NCBI GenBank assembly: GCA_051881535.1 | Contig: JBJEQB010000006.1 | Span: forward strand, 2,514-66,513 | DNA from: Acutalibacteraceae bacterium | GTDB taxonomy: Bacteria > Bacillota > Clostridia > Oscillospirales > Acutalibacteraceae | Direction: 5' to 3' | DNA: 64,000 bases | Shown here: positions 51,335 through 59,830 of the stretch, in pieces | Numbering within the stretch: the stretch's first letter is position 1 | Layout: every line of letters begins with the position of its first letter | Notes under the pieces: generated by a model | Databases searched by the model: none | What the model was told of the DNA's origin: nothing | Seen by the model: the letters and a program-made list of their open reading frames with translations, nothing else | Made by a program: the position numbers and the translations under genes

Positions 51335-52298
51335 ATTCAGATATTACTTTTCCGTTTTTGTCAAGCGTGACTTTTACGCCCGGTCTTTCAGCGGTAAATG
51401 TGCCGTCATCATTCCTTGTTATTGTGCCGTATTCCTCGGAAAGCTTGTTGCCGTTTTTATCAATGACCCATTGACCTTTTGTGGTTGTGCCAAGCTCGTT
51501 ATCCCAACTGTCCGGGGTGTGCAAAACGCCTACGCCCGTATCTGCACCCTCAATAAAGCTGACGGAGCTGAATCTGCCGCTCGGGCAGAGAACCTTGCCG
51601 TCCTTGCTGTAAATTACAAGCACATCATTTTCGCTTAAACCCTGATTATCTCCTTTTCTGCCGACGATAACGGGGTCATAATAAAACACCTCGTCATATT
51701 CGCAGGGAATAACCGTCGTTCCGTCGATGTTGTTTACACCGAAATGAAGAGCTTTTGAATAAGAAACCGTGGTAACAAGGTCGTCGCTGATTTTCTTTCG
51801 CTCTTTCGGCGTTTGATTATACATTCCGAGTGAATTGCCGTAAAAATCGAGAAGCTCACATTCGTTGTCGCTCAAAGAGGCGCAAAGGTAAAAATCAGGC
51901 TCAATAAATCCCGTATTTGCCGTCCAGGTATAGGATATGTTGCTGTAATTTACTGCCGAAAGTCTGCTTCCGTCGGGATAAACAGGATACTGTATATGTT
52001 CATCGCTGTTTTTTACGATTATCATTGACGGATAGCCTACATTGCTCATATCGGGATATATGGGAAACAGCTCTCCGACAAAGTATGGAACAAGCTCTTT
52101 GCCCTTATCGTCCGTCAGAGCGGTTTGCAAAACGCCGTCATCGTTTCGTCTGTTAATAATATAGCTGTTTTCGCCCACCTTGACTGCATCAAGCGGAAGC
52201 GAAAACGGCTCCTCGGCGGTTTGTTTGCTGTTTTCACAGCCCGCAAAGCAAGCGGTAATCATGATGATTGCTAATATTAATGATATTACTCTCTTCAT
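51333..52298 (-). CDS. Lipoprotein with WG-like repeats
   Basis: Lipobox FAGC; FGVNNIDGTTVIPCEYD, WVIDKNG repeats. Confidence 0.7.
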   Translation of the reverse strand: MKRVISLILAIIMITACFAGCENSKQTAEEPFSLPLDAVKVGENSYIINRRNDDGVLQTALTDDKGKELVPYFVGELFPIYPDMSNVGYPSMIIVKNSDEHIQYPVYPDGSRLSAVNYSNISYTWTANTGFIEPDFYLCASLSDNECELLDFYGNSLGMYNQTPKERKKISDDLVTTVSYSKALHFGVNNIDGTTVIPCEYDEVFYYDPVIVGRKGDNQGLSENDVLVIYSKDGKVLCPSGRFSSVSFIEGADTGVGVLHTPDSWDNELGTTTKGQWVIDKNGNKLSEEYGTITRNDDGTFTAERPGVKVTLDKNGKVISE

Positions 52299-52504
52299 AT
52301 TTTCCTCCGTATTTATCTTTTCTTTTCTTTCCCGTTTGTCAATAATGAATTGCCGAATTCAAAGCCGTATAGGCATCAGCTCCTTTGAAAATCACCCGAA
52401 TCAAAACAACCGTTTTTACAGGATGTTTTTGAATAAATTTACAACCCCATAATTTTATAATAACATTTTAATTTTATATTGTCAATGAAAAAGAAAATTT
52501 TAGT

Positions 52505-52548
52505 AAAAAAATCCCCGACGGCTCAGCAAATTCAGAACCGTCGGGGAT
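52505..52548 (-). terminator. Terminator of the sufC-sufB pair
   Basis: ATCCCCGACGG / CCGTCGGGGAT stem with T7 on the minus strand. Confidence 0.8.
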
Positions 52549-52560
52549 AAATTTAACTGT

Positions 52561-53478
52561 TTATTTAAGAAAACCTTGTATAATAACTTCCTCGGCTTCT
52601 TCCTCGCTCATGCCGAAGGTCATCAGCTTTATAAGCTGGTCATTGTTAATTCTTCCGATTGCCGCCTCGTGAACAATCTGCGCGTCGGCGGAATTGGCGG
52701 TTATTGCGGGAATGGAGCTAACCGTTGCATTGTCCATTATTATCGAGTCGCATTGAACATGGGCGCGGCATTTGGCGTTGCCCACGGCGTTCGGATGAAA
52801 AATCTGCTTTGAGCCGTCCTTGGCAACGGAGCGGGAAATAATCTGCGCTGAAGCGTCCTCGCCGTTAAGGCAGACCTCCATATCCGAGCGTGCGTGCTGA
52901 TTGCCGTGGGTCAGCAGTCTTTCGGTGATTATCAGCTTTGCGCCTGCGGCAAGGCTTGCCTTGGTGTCACGCACGGTGGAGTCAACGCCCTTTATCTGCA
53001 CCATTTCCATTTCGCAAACCGAATTTTCGTCCTGCTCAACAACGGTGGCGGGGTTCAGAATTCTTTCGCCCTTGCCGTCGCCCTCGCCGTAATGCTTTTC
53101 AACATATTTGACCTTTGCGTTTTTGCCGATGTGGAAGGTGTGAATTCCGTCATGTTCCGACTTTTGGTCGCCGCAGTTGTGAATTCCGCAGCCCGCAACT
53201 ATCAGCACATCAGCACCCTCGCCGATGTAAAAATCGTTGTAAACAAGGTCGTCAACGCCCGTTTCGGTTATGATTACGGGAATGTGAACGCTCTCGTTCT
53301 TTGTGCCGGGGGCAACGATTATATCAATGCCCGGCTTGTCCGATTTGGGCACGATTTCAATGTTGGCGGTGGAGCGCCTTGAAAGACCCTCGCCGTTTTT
53401 TCTGATATTGTAAGCTCCTGCGGGAATTTCGTGGAGACCCGCGATTGATTCGAGCAGGGCGCTGTCTATCTTATCCAT
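52561..53478 (-). CDS. SufB/SufD-family Fe-S scaffold (SmsB-like)
   Basis: Beta-helix repeats; ISRSVAKD, HVQCDSII, HEAAIGRI, EEVIIQGFL. Confidence 0.85.
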   Translation of the reverse strand: MDKIDSALLESIAGLHEIPAGAYNIRKNGEGLSRRSTANIEIVPKSDKPGIDIIVAPGTKNESVHIPVIITETGVDDLVYNDFYIGEGADVLIVAGCGIHNCGDQKSEHDGIHTFHIGKNAKVKYVEKHYGEGDGKGERILNPATVVEQDENSVCEMEMVQIKGVDSTVRDTKASLAAGAKLIITERLLTHGNQHARSDMEVCLNGEDASAQIISRSVAKDGSKQIFHPNAVGNAKCRAHVQCDSIIMDNATVSSIPAITANSADAQIVHEAAIGRINNDQLIKLMTFGMSEEEAEEVIIQGFLK

Positions 53479-53536
53479 AGTTTATAACCATTCCTTTCAA
53501 AAAAGGCAGAAATTGAGTTTAATGCCGCGTTTCGGA

Positions 53537-54262
53537 TTAATCGTGGCCGCGGAAGCCGCAGTTTTCGTTGAATTCGCCCATAAGGCGCGGGAAAATCTTG
53601 TCCTTTGAGCCTGAATCTCTGATTTTTCCGTCCGCTATGACAATCATTTCGTCTGCAAGCTGCATTATTCTTTCCTGATGAGAAATAACAATAACGCTTT
53701 GGTGGCTGCCCTTGCTCATTGCCTTGAAGCTTTCAACGAGCATCGAGAAGCTCCATAGGTCAATGCCTGCCTCGGGCTCGTCAAAAATGGCAAGACCGAG
53801 CTTGCGCGCCATAAGAGTTGCAATTTCAATTCGCTTTGCTTCGCCGCCCGAAAGGGAGTTATCCATTTCGCGGTTGAGATAATCCTTTGAGCAAAGCCCC
53901 ACGCTTGTCAGATAGCCGCAACATTCGTCAACAGGCAGCTCACTGCCTGCGGCAAGCGAGAGCAGACGGCGCACCGTCAGCCCCTTGAAGCGCGGCGGCT
54001 GCTGAAAGGCATAGCCTATGCCGAGCTTTGCCCTTTCCGTTACGGAAAGCGAGGTAATATCGGTGCCGTTATATATTATTTTGCCGCCCGTGGGCTTTTC
54101 GATGCCCATAATCAGGCGGGCAAGAGTTGATTTGCCGCCGCCGTTAGGTCCTGTTATGACGGTGAACGCGCCGTCGGGAACTTCAAGACTTACGCCATCG
54201 ATTATTTCAAGATTGGAGCCGTCCACATCAACATTAAAAGAAACATTTTCAAGCTTTAACAT
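53537..54262 (-). CDS. SufC-like ATPase (SmsC-like)
   Basis: GPNGGGKST, AFQQP, LSGGEAKRIE, DEPEAGID. Confidence 0.87.
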   Translation of the reverse strand: MLKLENVSFNVDVDGSNLEIIDGVSLEVPDGAFTVITGPNGGGKSTLARLIMGIEKPTGGKIIYNGTDITSLSVTERAKLGIGYAFQQPPRFKGLTVRRLLSLAAGSELPVDECCGYLTSVGLCSKDYLNREMDNSLSGGEAKRIEIATLMARKLGLAIFDEPEAGIDLWSFSMLVESFKAMSKGSHQSVIVISHQERIMQLADEMIVIADGKIRDSGSKDKIFPRLMGEFNENCGFRGHD

Positions 54263-54293
54263 ATATCTTCTCCGTTTTGCATTTTATCGGTTT

Positions 54294-54322
54294 ATTATAT
54301 ACCATTTAAGGGATTTTATCAA
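54294..54322 (-). promoter_or_regulatory. SigA promoter of sufC-sufB
   Basis: TTGATA, 17 nt, TATAAT. Confidence 0.7.
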
Positions 54323-54334
54323 CAGTAAATTGAG

Positions 54335-55867
54335 TTATTTTCTCCACAGCCTGCGGTCAAGGCTTCTGTATTGCACCGCCTGCGCGATATGGTTTGCTTC
54401 AATGCTCGGACTGCCCTCAAGGTCGGCGACGGTTCGGGCAACGCGCAGGATTTTATCATAGGCTCTTGCCGAAAAATCCAGCTTTTCAAAAACCTGTTCA
54501 AGCAAAACCATTGCCTGCGGAGTGGGGCGGCAGAATTCGCGGGTCATTGCGGGAGTCATCTTGGCATTGCAGGTAATTCCCGAGCCTTTCAGACGCTCCT
54601 GCTGAATTTTACGCGCGGCATTGACGCGCTTTTTGATATCCGCCGAGCATTCCGAGGGCATTTTGCTCGAAAGCTTTTCAAAATCAACGGGCGGCACTTC
54701 AATGTGAATATCGATTCTGTCAAGCAGAGGACCCGAAACCCTTGCAAGGTAACGCTTTGCCGCGCCCTCGGGGCAGGTGCATTTTCTTTTGGGGTGACCG
54801 TGGAAGCCGCAGGGGCAGGGATTCATCGCGCAGACTATCATTGCCGAGCAGGGATAGGTCAGAGAAGCGTTTGCGCGGGAAATGGTTATTTTCCCGTCCT
54901 CAATGGGCTGGCGCAAAACCTCCATTGCCGTGCGTGAAAATTCGGGAAGCTCGTCAAGAAAGAGAACTCCGTTATGCGAAAGAGAGATTTCGCCGGGGCG
55001 CGGAATTGCTCCTCCGCCCGAAAGACCTGCGGGCGAAACCGTGTGATGCGGCGCTCTGAACGGGCGTTCCCTGATAAGCGAAACTCCCTCGGGAAGTGCG
55101 CCCGCGATCGAATAAAGCTCCGTGGTTTGCAGGCTTTCTTCAAAGGTCATATCAGGCAGGATTGACGGCAGGCGTTTGGCAAGCATACTTTTGCCCGAGC
55201 CGGGAGGACCGACCATAATAATGTTATGACCGCCCGCCGCGGCGATTTCAAGAGCATAGCGCGCCTCCTGCTGACCCATAACATCGCGGAAATCGGGCAG
55301 GGGAGCGTGCGGTGCTTCTGCCTTTGCGGCTGTGTCGGGGCTGACGGGCTTGAGAAGCTCCTCACCCGTCAGATGCCGCACAACCTGGCGCACATTTTCA
55401 ACTGCGTAAACCTCAATATCCGTTACAACCGAGCTTTCAAGAGCATTGGCGGCAGGCACGAAAACGCGCTTTATTCCGCTTTTGCGCGCTCTGATAACCA
55501 TGGGCAAAACTCCGTTTACCCTGCGGATAAGTCCGTCAAGCGAAAGCTCGCCGACAAAGGCGCAGTCGTCAAGATTACAGCGGAGCTGCTGACCCGCCTG
55601 CAAAATGGCAATAAGTATCGGCAGGTCATAAACGGGACCCTCCTTGCGGATATCGGCAGGTGAAAGATTGATTGTTATTCTGCTCTGAGGGAAGGAATAT
55701 CCGCTGTTTTTGATTGCGGAGCGCACTCTGTTGCGGGATTCGCTGACAGCCGTGTCGGGCAGACCGACAAGGTCAACACGGGGCAGACCTTGCCCGTAGT
55801 CAACCTCAACGCCTACCATATAGCTGTCAATTCCGAAAAGTCCCATGCTGTTAATGCGAGCAAACAT
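54335..55867 (-). CDS. comM: YifB/ComM Mg-chelatase-like AAA+ ATPase
   Basis: GLPDTAV.ESR.RV, GPPGSGKSM, RAPHHT, HNGVLFLDE, SGPLLDRID. Confidence 0.92.
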   Translation of the reverse strand: MFARINSMGLFGIDSYMVGVEVDYGQGLPRVDLVGLPDTAVSESRNRVRSAIKNSGYSFPQSRITINLSPADIRKEGPVYDLPILIAILQAGQQLRCNLDDCAFVGELSLDGLIRRVNGVLPMVIRARKSGIKRVFVPAANALESSVVTDIEVYAVENVRQVVRHLTGEELLKPVSPDTAAKAEAPHAPLPDFRDVMGQQEARYALEIAAAGGHNIIMVGPPGSGKSMLAKRLPSILPDMTFEESLQTTELYSIAGALPEGVSLIRERPFRAPHHTVSPAGLSGGGAIPRPGEISLSHNGVLFLDELPEFSRTAMEVLRQPIEDGKITISRANASLTYPCSAMIVCAMNPCPCGFHGHPKRKCTCPEGAAKRYLARVSGPLLDRIDIHIEVPPVDFEKLSSKMPSECSADIKKRVNAARKIQQERLKGSGITCNAKMTPAMTREFCRPTPQAMVLLEQVFEKLDFSARAYDKILRVARTVADLEGSPSIEANHIAQAVQYRSLDRRLWRK

Positions 55868-55892
55868 TTTAACCACTCCCTCTTTCCCGAAT

Positions 55893-55921
55893 ATAATATC
55901 ACATTGAGGGGAAAAAGACAA
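55893..55921 (-). promoter_or_regulatory. Putative SigA promoter of comM
   Basis: TTGTCT, 17 nt, TG-extended TATTAT. Confidence 0.55.
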
Positions 55922-55924
55922 TAT

Positions 55925-55966
55925 AAAAAGAGGCTTGCATCGGTTGAATTCCGACGCAAGCCGTTT
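55925..55966 (-). terminator. Terminator of the Thr-rich surface protein gene
   Basis: GGCTTGC...GCAAGCC stem with a minus-strand U tract. Confidence 0.6.
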
Positions 55967-56000
55967 ATGTGAGATTTAATTCTGTTTAAAAGCGGATAAA

Positions 56001-56489
56001 TCAGTTATCCTTCTTGGTCTTAACAACTGCGATTGTGCCTGCCGCAAGAGCAAGGAGAGCGATTGCGGGAACGGCAACGCTGCTGCCCGTTGAGGGGATA
56101 GCGGAGTCAACATTTGCGGGCTTCTTGGTTGTTGCGGGCTTCTTTGTGGTGTCGCCCTCGTCGATAACGGTTTCACCGGGCTTGCGGGTTACGGTAGGAG
56201 CTTCGTCAGCCTTGGTGGTATCGTCAGCCTTGGCGGTTGTTGTGGTTGCATCATCGGCAGCCTTGGTAGTAGTTGTGGTTGCATCATCGGCAGCCTTGGT
56301 GGTTGTTGTGGTGGTCGAATTTTCTGCAGCCTTGGTGGTCGTTGTGGTATCGTCCGCCTTGGTGGTTGTTGTGGTGGTGTTGCGTACATCATTGGGGTCG
56401 TCATTTTCAGCAAAAGCCGAAACAGCAAGTGTGCAGAAAGCTACTGCCGCAATGATAACTGCAAGCAGTAAAGAAACAGTCTTTTTCAT
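56001..56489 (-). CDS. Thr-rich sortase-type cell-wall protein (IPSTG)
   Basis: Signal peptide, K(A)ADD-T5 repeats, IPSTG, hydrophobic helix, KTKKDN tail. Confidence 0.8.
   Translation of the reverse strand: MKKTVSLLLAVIIAAVAFCTLAVSAFAENDDPNDVRNTTTTTTKADDTTTTTKAAENSTTTTTTKAADDATTTTTKAADDATTTTAKADDTTKADEAPTVTRKPGETVIDEGDTTKKPATTKKPANVDSAIPSTGSSVAVPAIALLALAAGTIAVVKTKKDN
56207..56380 (-). repeat. Coding tandem repeats (about 33-bp unit)
   Basis: GGTTGCATCATCGGCAGCCTTGGT(A/G)GT unit repeated, with degenerate flanking copies. Confidence 0.85.
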
Positions 56490-56536
56490 TTTAGTTACCA
56501 TCCTTTTTAAAAATTTTGTATCGTGAATACAAGCAT

Positions 56537-56565
56537 ATTTTACACGCATTGCCCCGGTTTGTCAA
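56537..56565 (-). promoter_or_regulatory. SigA promoter of the Thr-rich protein gene
   Basis: TTGACA, 17 nt, TG-extended TAAAAT. Confidence 0.75.
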
Positions 56566-56674
56566 GTGAATGAATTTGCCAATTACAAATTGTGATTTAT
56601 TTTTTGAGATATGCCTGAATTTCAGACGATATAGGTGAAAAAATAGAATAAATCTATGTGAAAGGAGCTTAAAT

Positions 56675-56851
56675 ATGCCCCAAAGTTTTCCCAAAAAAGA
56701 GAAAAACAAGGCTCAGTGGCACTTTGACAATCAGCACGGCAGGCAGGAATATGACCTGAATGACGAGGATATTCACACCGATGTTCTCGGGAGCTACACC
56801 GGAACGCCTTATGACGGCGTGCGCCCCGTTCAGGATGCCGATGACCTTTAA
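56675..56851 (+). CDS. 58-aa small acidic protein (not in ORF track)
   Basis: RBS AAAGGAG; MPQSFPKKEKNKAQWHFDNQHGRQEYDLNDEDIHTDVLGSYTGTPYDGVRPVQDADDL. Confidence 0.8.
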   Translation: MPQSFPKKEKNKAQWHFDNQHGRQEYDLNDEDIHTDVLGSYTGTPYDGVRPVQDADDL

Positions 56852-57057
56852 AAGCCGAAATAAGTAATGCGCTTTTCAGAGCGTGAGGGCGGAGCGCACT
56901 GTGCCTATGCGCTCCGCCGTTCCACTCCATCTTTTGTCCCCTTTTCCGAATCCTTTCCCCAAAGGAAACGGAATGTATGAAAGTTCCGCTTTGACTGAGC
57001 CTTAAGGCTCGCAGCCCCAATCCATCCGAGAGTTCGGGACAACGGAAATTCATTGCG

Positions 57058-59127
57058 TTATATTTCTAATGACGAAATAATCTTTGCATCGTCAACGGAA
57101 AATGCGGATATTTTCTGACCCGAAACGGTGTAAAGCGTTCCGTTGATGAAAATTCCTCTGACTGCCGCGTCGCCTATAACCGAAGTGTCGTGATTATAAG
57201 TGCCGACGGGTGAAATCTTGCCGTCCGAAACATTAAAGAGAAGATAAGCCGATATCTGAGTTCCTGCGGCGGGATTGTTTTTGATAACGGGAATTCCGAA
57301 AATGGTTTTGTCGGAATTCAGAACAACACAGCGGCTGTCTCCCGCGGCGGGCATAGAACATTCTCCGCCCAGGCTGTAAACTGAGGCGGTTTTTGGATTA
57401 TCGGGGTCGCTGACATCAAAGAGCGAAATCGTAACCTCGCCGCTGCCCGATTCATCGGGCGCGCCTGCCGCAACGCCTATGAGCATATTGCCCGAAACGG
57501 CGCAGAGATTTTCATAAAATCCGCTTGTTGAAATCATTCCCGCGACCTTTGGCTTTGAATAATCCGAGAAATCGATTATCATTGTTTTTTCGTTATTGTC
57601 GCCCGCAACAACATAGCCGTTGCTGCCGATGAATTTTACGCTTCTTATCTTTTCGCCTCGGAAAATTCCTTTAAGACCGCTGACGAATTCCATCTTGTTG
57701 TTAAGAAGATATATATTACTTGAATCTGTATCGGTTGTAACCGCTCTGAGATAACCGCTCTTTTCGTCAACCGAAAGACCGCTCACCAGAGTGCCCTCGG
57801 CAACATATGAGCCGCCGAAGCTTATGGCGGAGCCGTTGATATTGAAGCGGTAAATCTCCGTCAGGCTCTTTTCGGAATCAACCGAAACAAAGCCTCTTGA
57901 AACCGTTACCGAGTGCGGCGAGCAGAAAACCTCGTTGCCGCAGCCGAGAACGGCAAGCCTGCCGACAGAGGCGGCAGAATCCGAAATATCAGTAACGGTA
58001 ATGAAAAGATAGGAAGCCTTCGGGTCATTAACGGCAATGAAGATATCCTCGGCTCTCAGGGTTATGCCTGAGCCGTTGATGCTGAATGTCGGAATAACGC
58101 CGCTTTCCGAAAATTTCTTTGAGTCCGAAATCACGGGAATGGATTTTTCGGTTACAAGGCAAAGCCTGTTTTCGTGAAGGCTTGAAGCAACATATTCGCC
58201 GTCCTGAATATGCTCGCGTATCTTTTTGGGAGCGGTGGGATCCGATATGTCGTAATAAACGGCAACGGTTGAAAGCTTGTCAAAAGCCGCCGTGCCCGTC
58301 ATTGAATAGCTGTATCGGCGCATAAGAGCAATCAGCTTGTTGCTTTTCAGATAGATTTCGATACATTCGTCAACCGTGTCGGCGCTGTCCGCAGAGGAGA
58401 GAACTATGGTTGAAACCGTTTCCATCTTATCTGCGGGAACTGCCTTGACAATTTTAATCTGCTCTGTTGCGCTTCCGGTTTTGCTGTCGGTTCCCGTTGT
58501 AACAATATATAAATATTCCCCATCGTTTTTGACTATATCCGCTTCAAAATCCCCCGAAACGGATATGCCGTGTGCCTTGAATGCCGAGCTTTCGGCAACA
58601 TAAGTCTCCGAGCTGCCGTCCGGCTGTTTCATTCCGGCAACATAGTTGCTGTAACCCTCAATGATTCTGTCCACAACGCCCTCGGTTGCAGGCTCGGAAG
58701 AGCCGTTTCCGTCAGTCTTTTCGGCTGAATCGGTTTTGCCTGCTTCGCCTGACTTTCCGTCAAGAATATCAAGCACGGCTTTTTCGACTTCCTTATAGCT
58801 TTGAGCGTTTCTGACAGGATTGCGCCCTTCATAGCCCTTGTAGAACGAGTCGGTTTTAATAACCTTGACTCCGCCCATTCTCATAAACAGCGCGCAGGCA
58901 ACCACGATTGCAAGCATTGCGGCAGCCGCCGTGAGCCTGCGAAGAGCTGCGGTGTTTCCGTTTTTAGTCCCCGTTTTATCGGAAAAATCCTTAATTTCTC
59001 TTTCGTTATTTTTAATCATCCCGACGATGCTTTCCTTTTGCAGGCGAAGCGGTATTTTCGCCGAGCTGACACTCTTTTCAAATTCCCCGTGAAGCATATC
59101 CAAAGTCTGTTTGTCGCTTTTCTTCAT
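57058..59127 (-). CDS. Membrane-anchored beta-propeller protein, putative anti-sigma factor
   Basis: About 60-aa N-terminal domain, one TM, EADIVKNDGEYLY propeller hallmark; directly downstream of the ECF sigma gene. Confidence 0.72.
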   Translation of the reverse strand: MKKSDKQTLDMLHGEFEKSVSSAKIPLRLQKESIVGMIKNNEREIKDFSDKTGTKNGNTAALRRLTAAAAMLAIVVACALFMRMGGVKVIKTDSFYKGYEGRNPVRNAQSYKEVEKAVLDILDGKSGEAGKTDSAEKTDGNGSSEPATEGVVDRIIEGYSNYVAGMKQPDGSSETYVAESSAFKAHGISVSGDFEADIVKNDGEYLYIVTTGTDSKTGSATEQIKIVKAVPADKMETVSTIVLSSADSADTVDECIEIYLKSNKLIALMRRYSYSMTGTAAFDKLSTVAVYYDISDPTAPKKIREHIQDGEYVASSLHENRLCLVTEKSIPVISDSKKFSESGVIPTFSINGSGITLRAEDIFIAVNDPKASYLFITVTDISDSAASVGRLAVLGCGNEVFCSPHSVTVSRGFVSVDSEKSLTEIYRFNINGSAISFGGSYVAEGTLVSGLSVDEKSGYLRAVTTDTDSSNIYLLNNKMEFVSGLKGIFRGEKIRSVKFIGSNGYVVAGDNNEKTMIIDFSDYSKPKVAGMISTSGFYENLCAVSGNMLIGVAAGAPDESGSGEVTISLFDVSDPDNPKTASVYSLGGECSMPAAGDSRCVVLNSDKTIFGIPVIKNNPAAGTQISAYLLFNVSDGKISPVGTYNHDTSVIGDAAVRGIFINGTLYTVSGQKISAFSVDDAKIISSLEI

Positions 59128-59147
59128 CTTTTCATCCCCCTTTCTTT

Positions 59148-59681
59148 TTAAATTTCGCCGCCGAGCGAGCCTCTCAGCTTTTTGAGCGCTCTTTTAAGCT
59201 TAGAGCGCACCGTTGACGGCGGACAGCCGAGTATTTCGCCTATCTCGTGGCTTTTGTAATTGCCCAGAATACTGAGTAAAACAATCTCTCTTTCATCCTC
59301 GGCAAGCTGTTCAAGTGCCCTTTTCAGCTCGACCGAAAGCTCAAGGCTTTCAAAGCCGGCAGGCTCTTTAAATCCCCCGTCTTCGTCATCGAGATAAACC
59401 AGCGATTTTTGTTTTTGGCTGTCGGTATAATATCTTTTGCAGGCGGCGCAGAGAATTTTAAACATCCATCCTTTAAACGCCTGAGCTTTTTTCAGGGATT
59501 TTATCTGGCTGAATGCAGATAAAACCGCGTCGGAAACGGCGTCCTGCGCGAGAGTTTCACTGCCCGTGACACAGCACGCATAGCAATACATTTCCTTATA
59601 ATAAAGCTCATAAAGCTCGCCGAAGGCTTCGGCGCTGCCGTTTTGTGCAAGAGTAACGAGTTCGTTTATCTGAGCGCTCAA
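59148..59681 (-). CDS. ECF RNA polymerase sigma factor
   Basis: TTG start behind AAGGAGGG; AFGELYE, AQDAVSD, FKGWMFKI, STVRSKLKRA. Confidence 0.92.
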   Translation of the reverse strand: MSAQINELVTLAQNGSAEAFGELYELYYKEMYCYACCVTGSETLAQDAVSDAVLSAFSQIKSLKKAQAFKGWMFKILCAACKRYYTDSQKQKSLVYLDDEDGGFKEPAGFESLELSVELKRALEQLAEDEREIVLLSILGNYKSHEIGEILGCPPSTVRSKLKRALKKLRGSLGGEI

Positions 59682-59830
59682 GACCGACCCTCCTTACCAC
59701 CTTCATTTAATAAGTGTGCGATTAGTCTGTTTTTGTTGCATCGATTTTGAAAAAATTTTAATTTTTTTCATTGCACTGATTTCACGGGATATACTATACA
59801 CGAAAAACCATTATAAAGCAAGGTGTATTT

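Noticed and set aside
56207-56380. Mini-CRISPR from the 33-bp repeats
   Set aside because: The repeats are contiguous, in frame and encode Thr-rich peptide units.
56622-57053. 143-aa minus-strand ORF
   Set aside because: It is antisense to the well-supported 58-aa gene, runs through the hairpin region and has no RBS or motifs.
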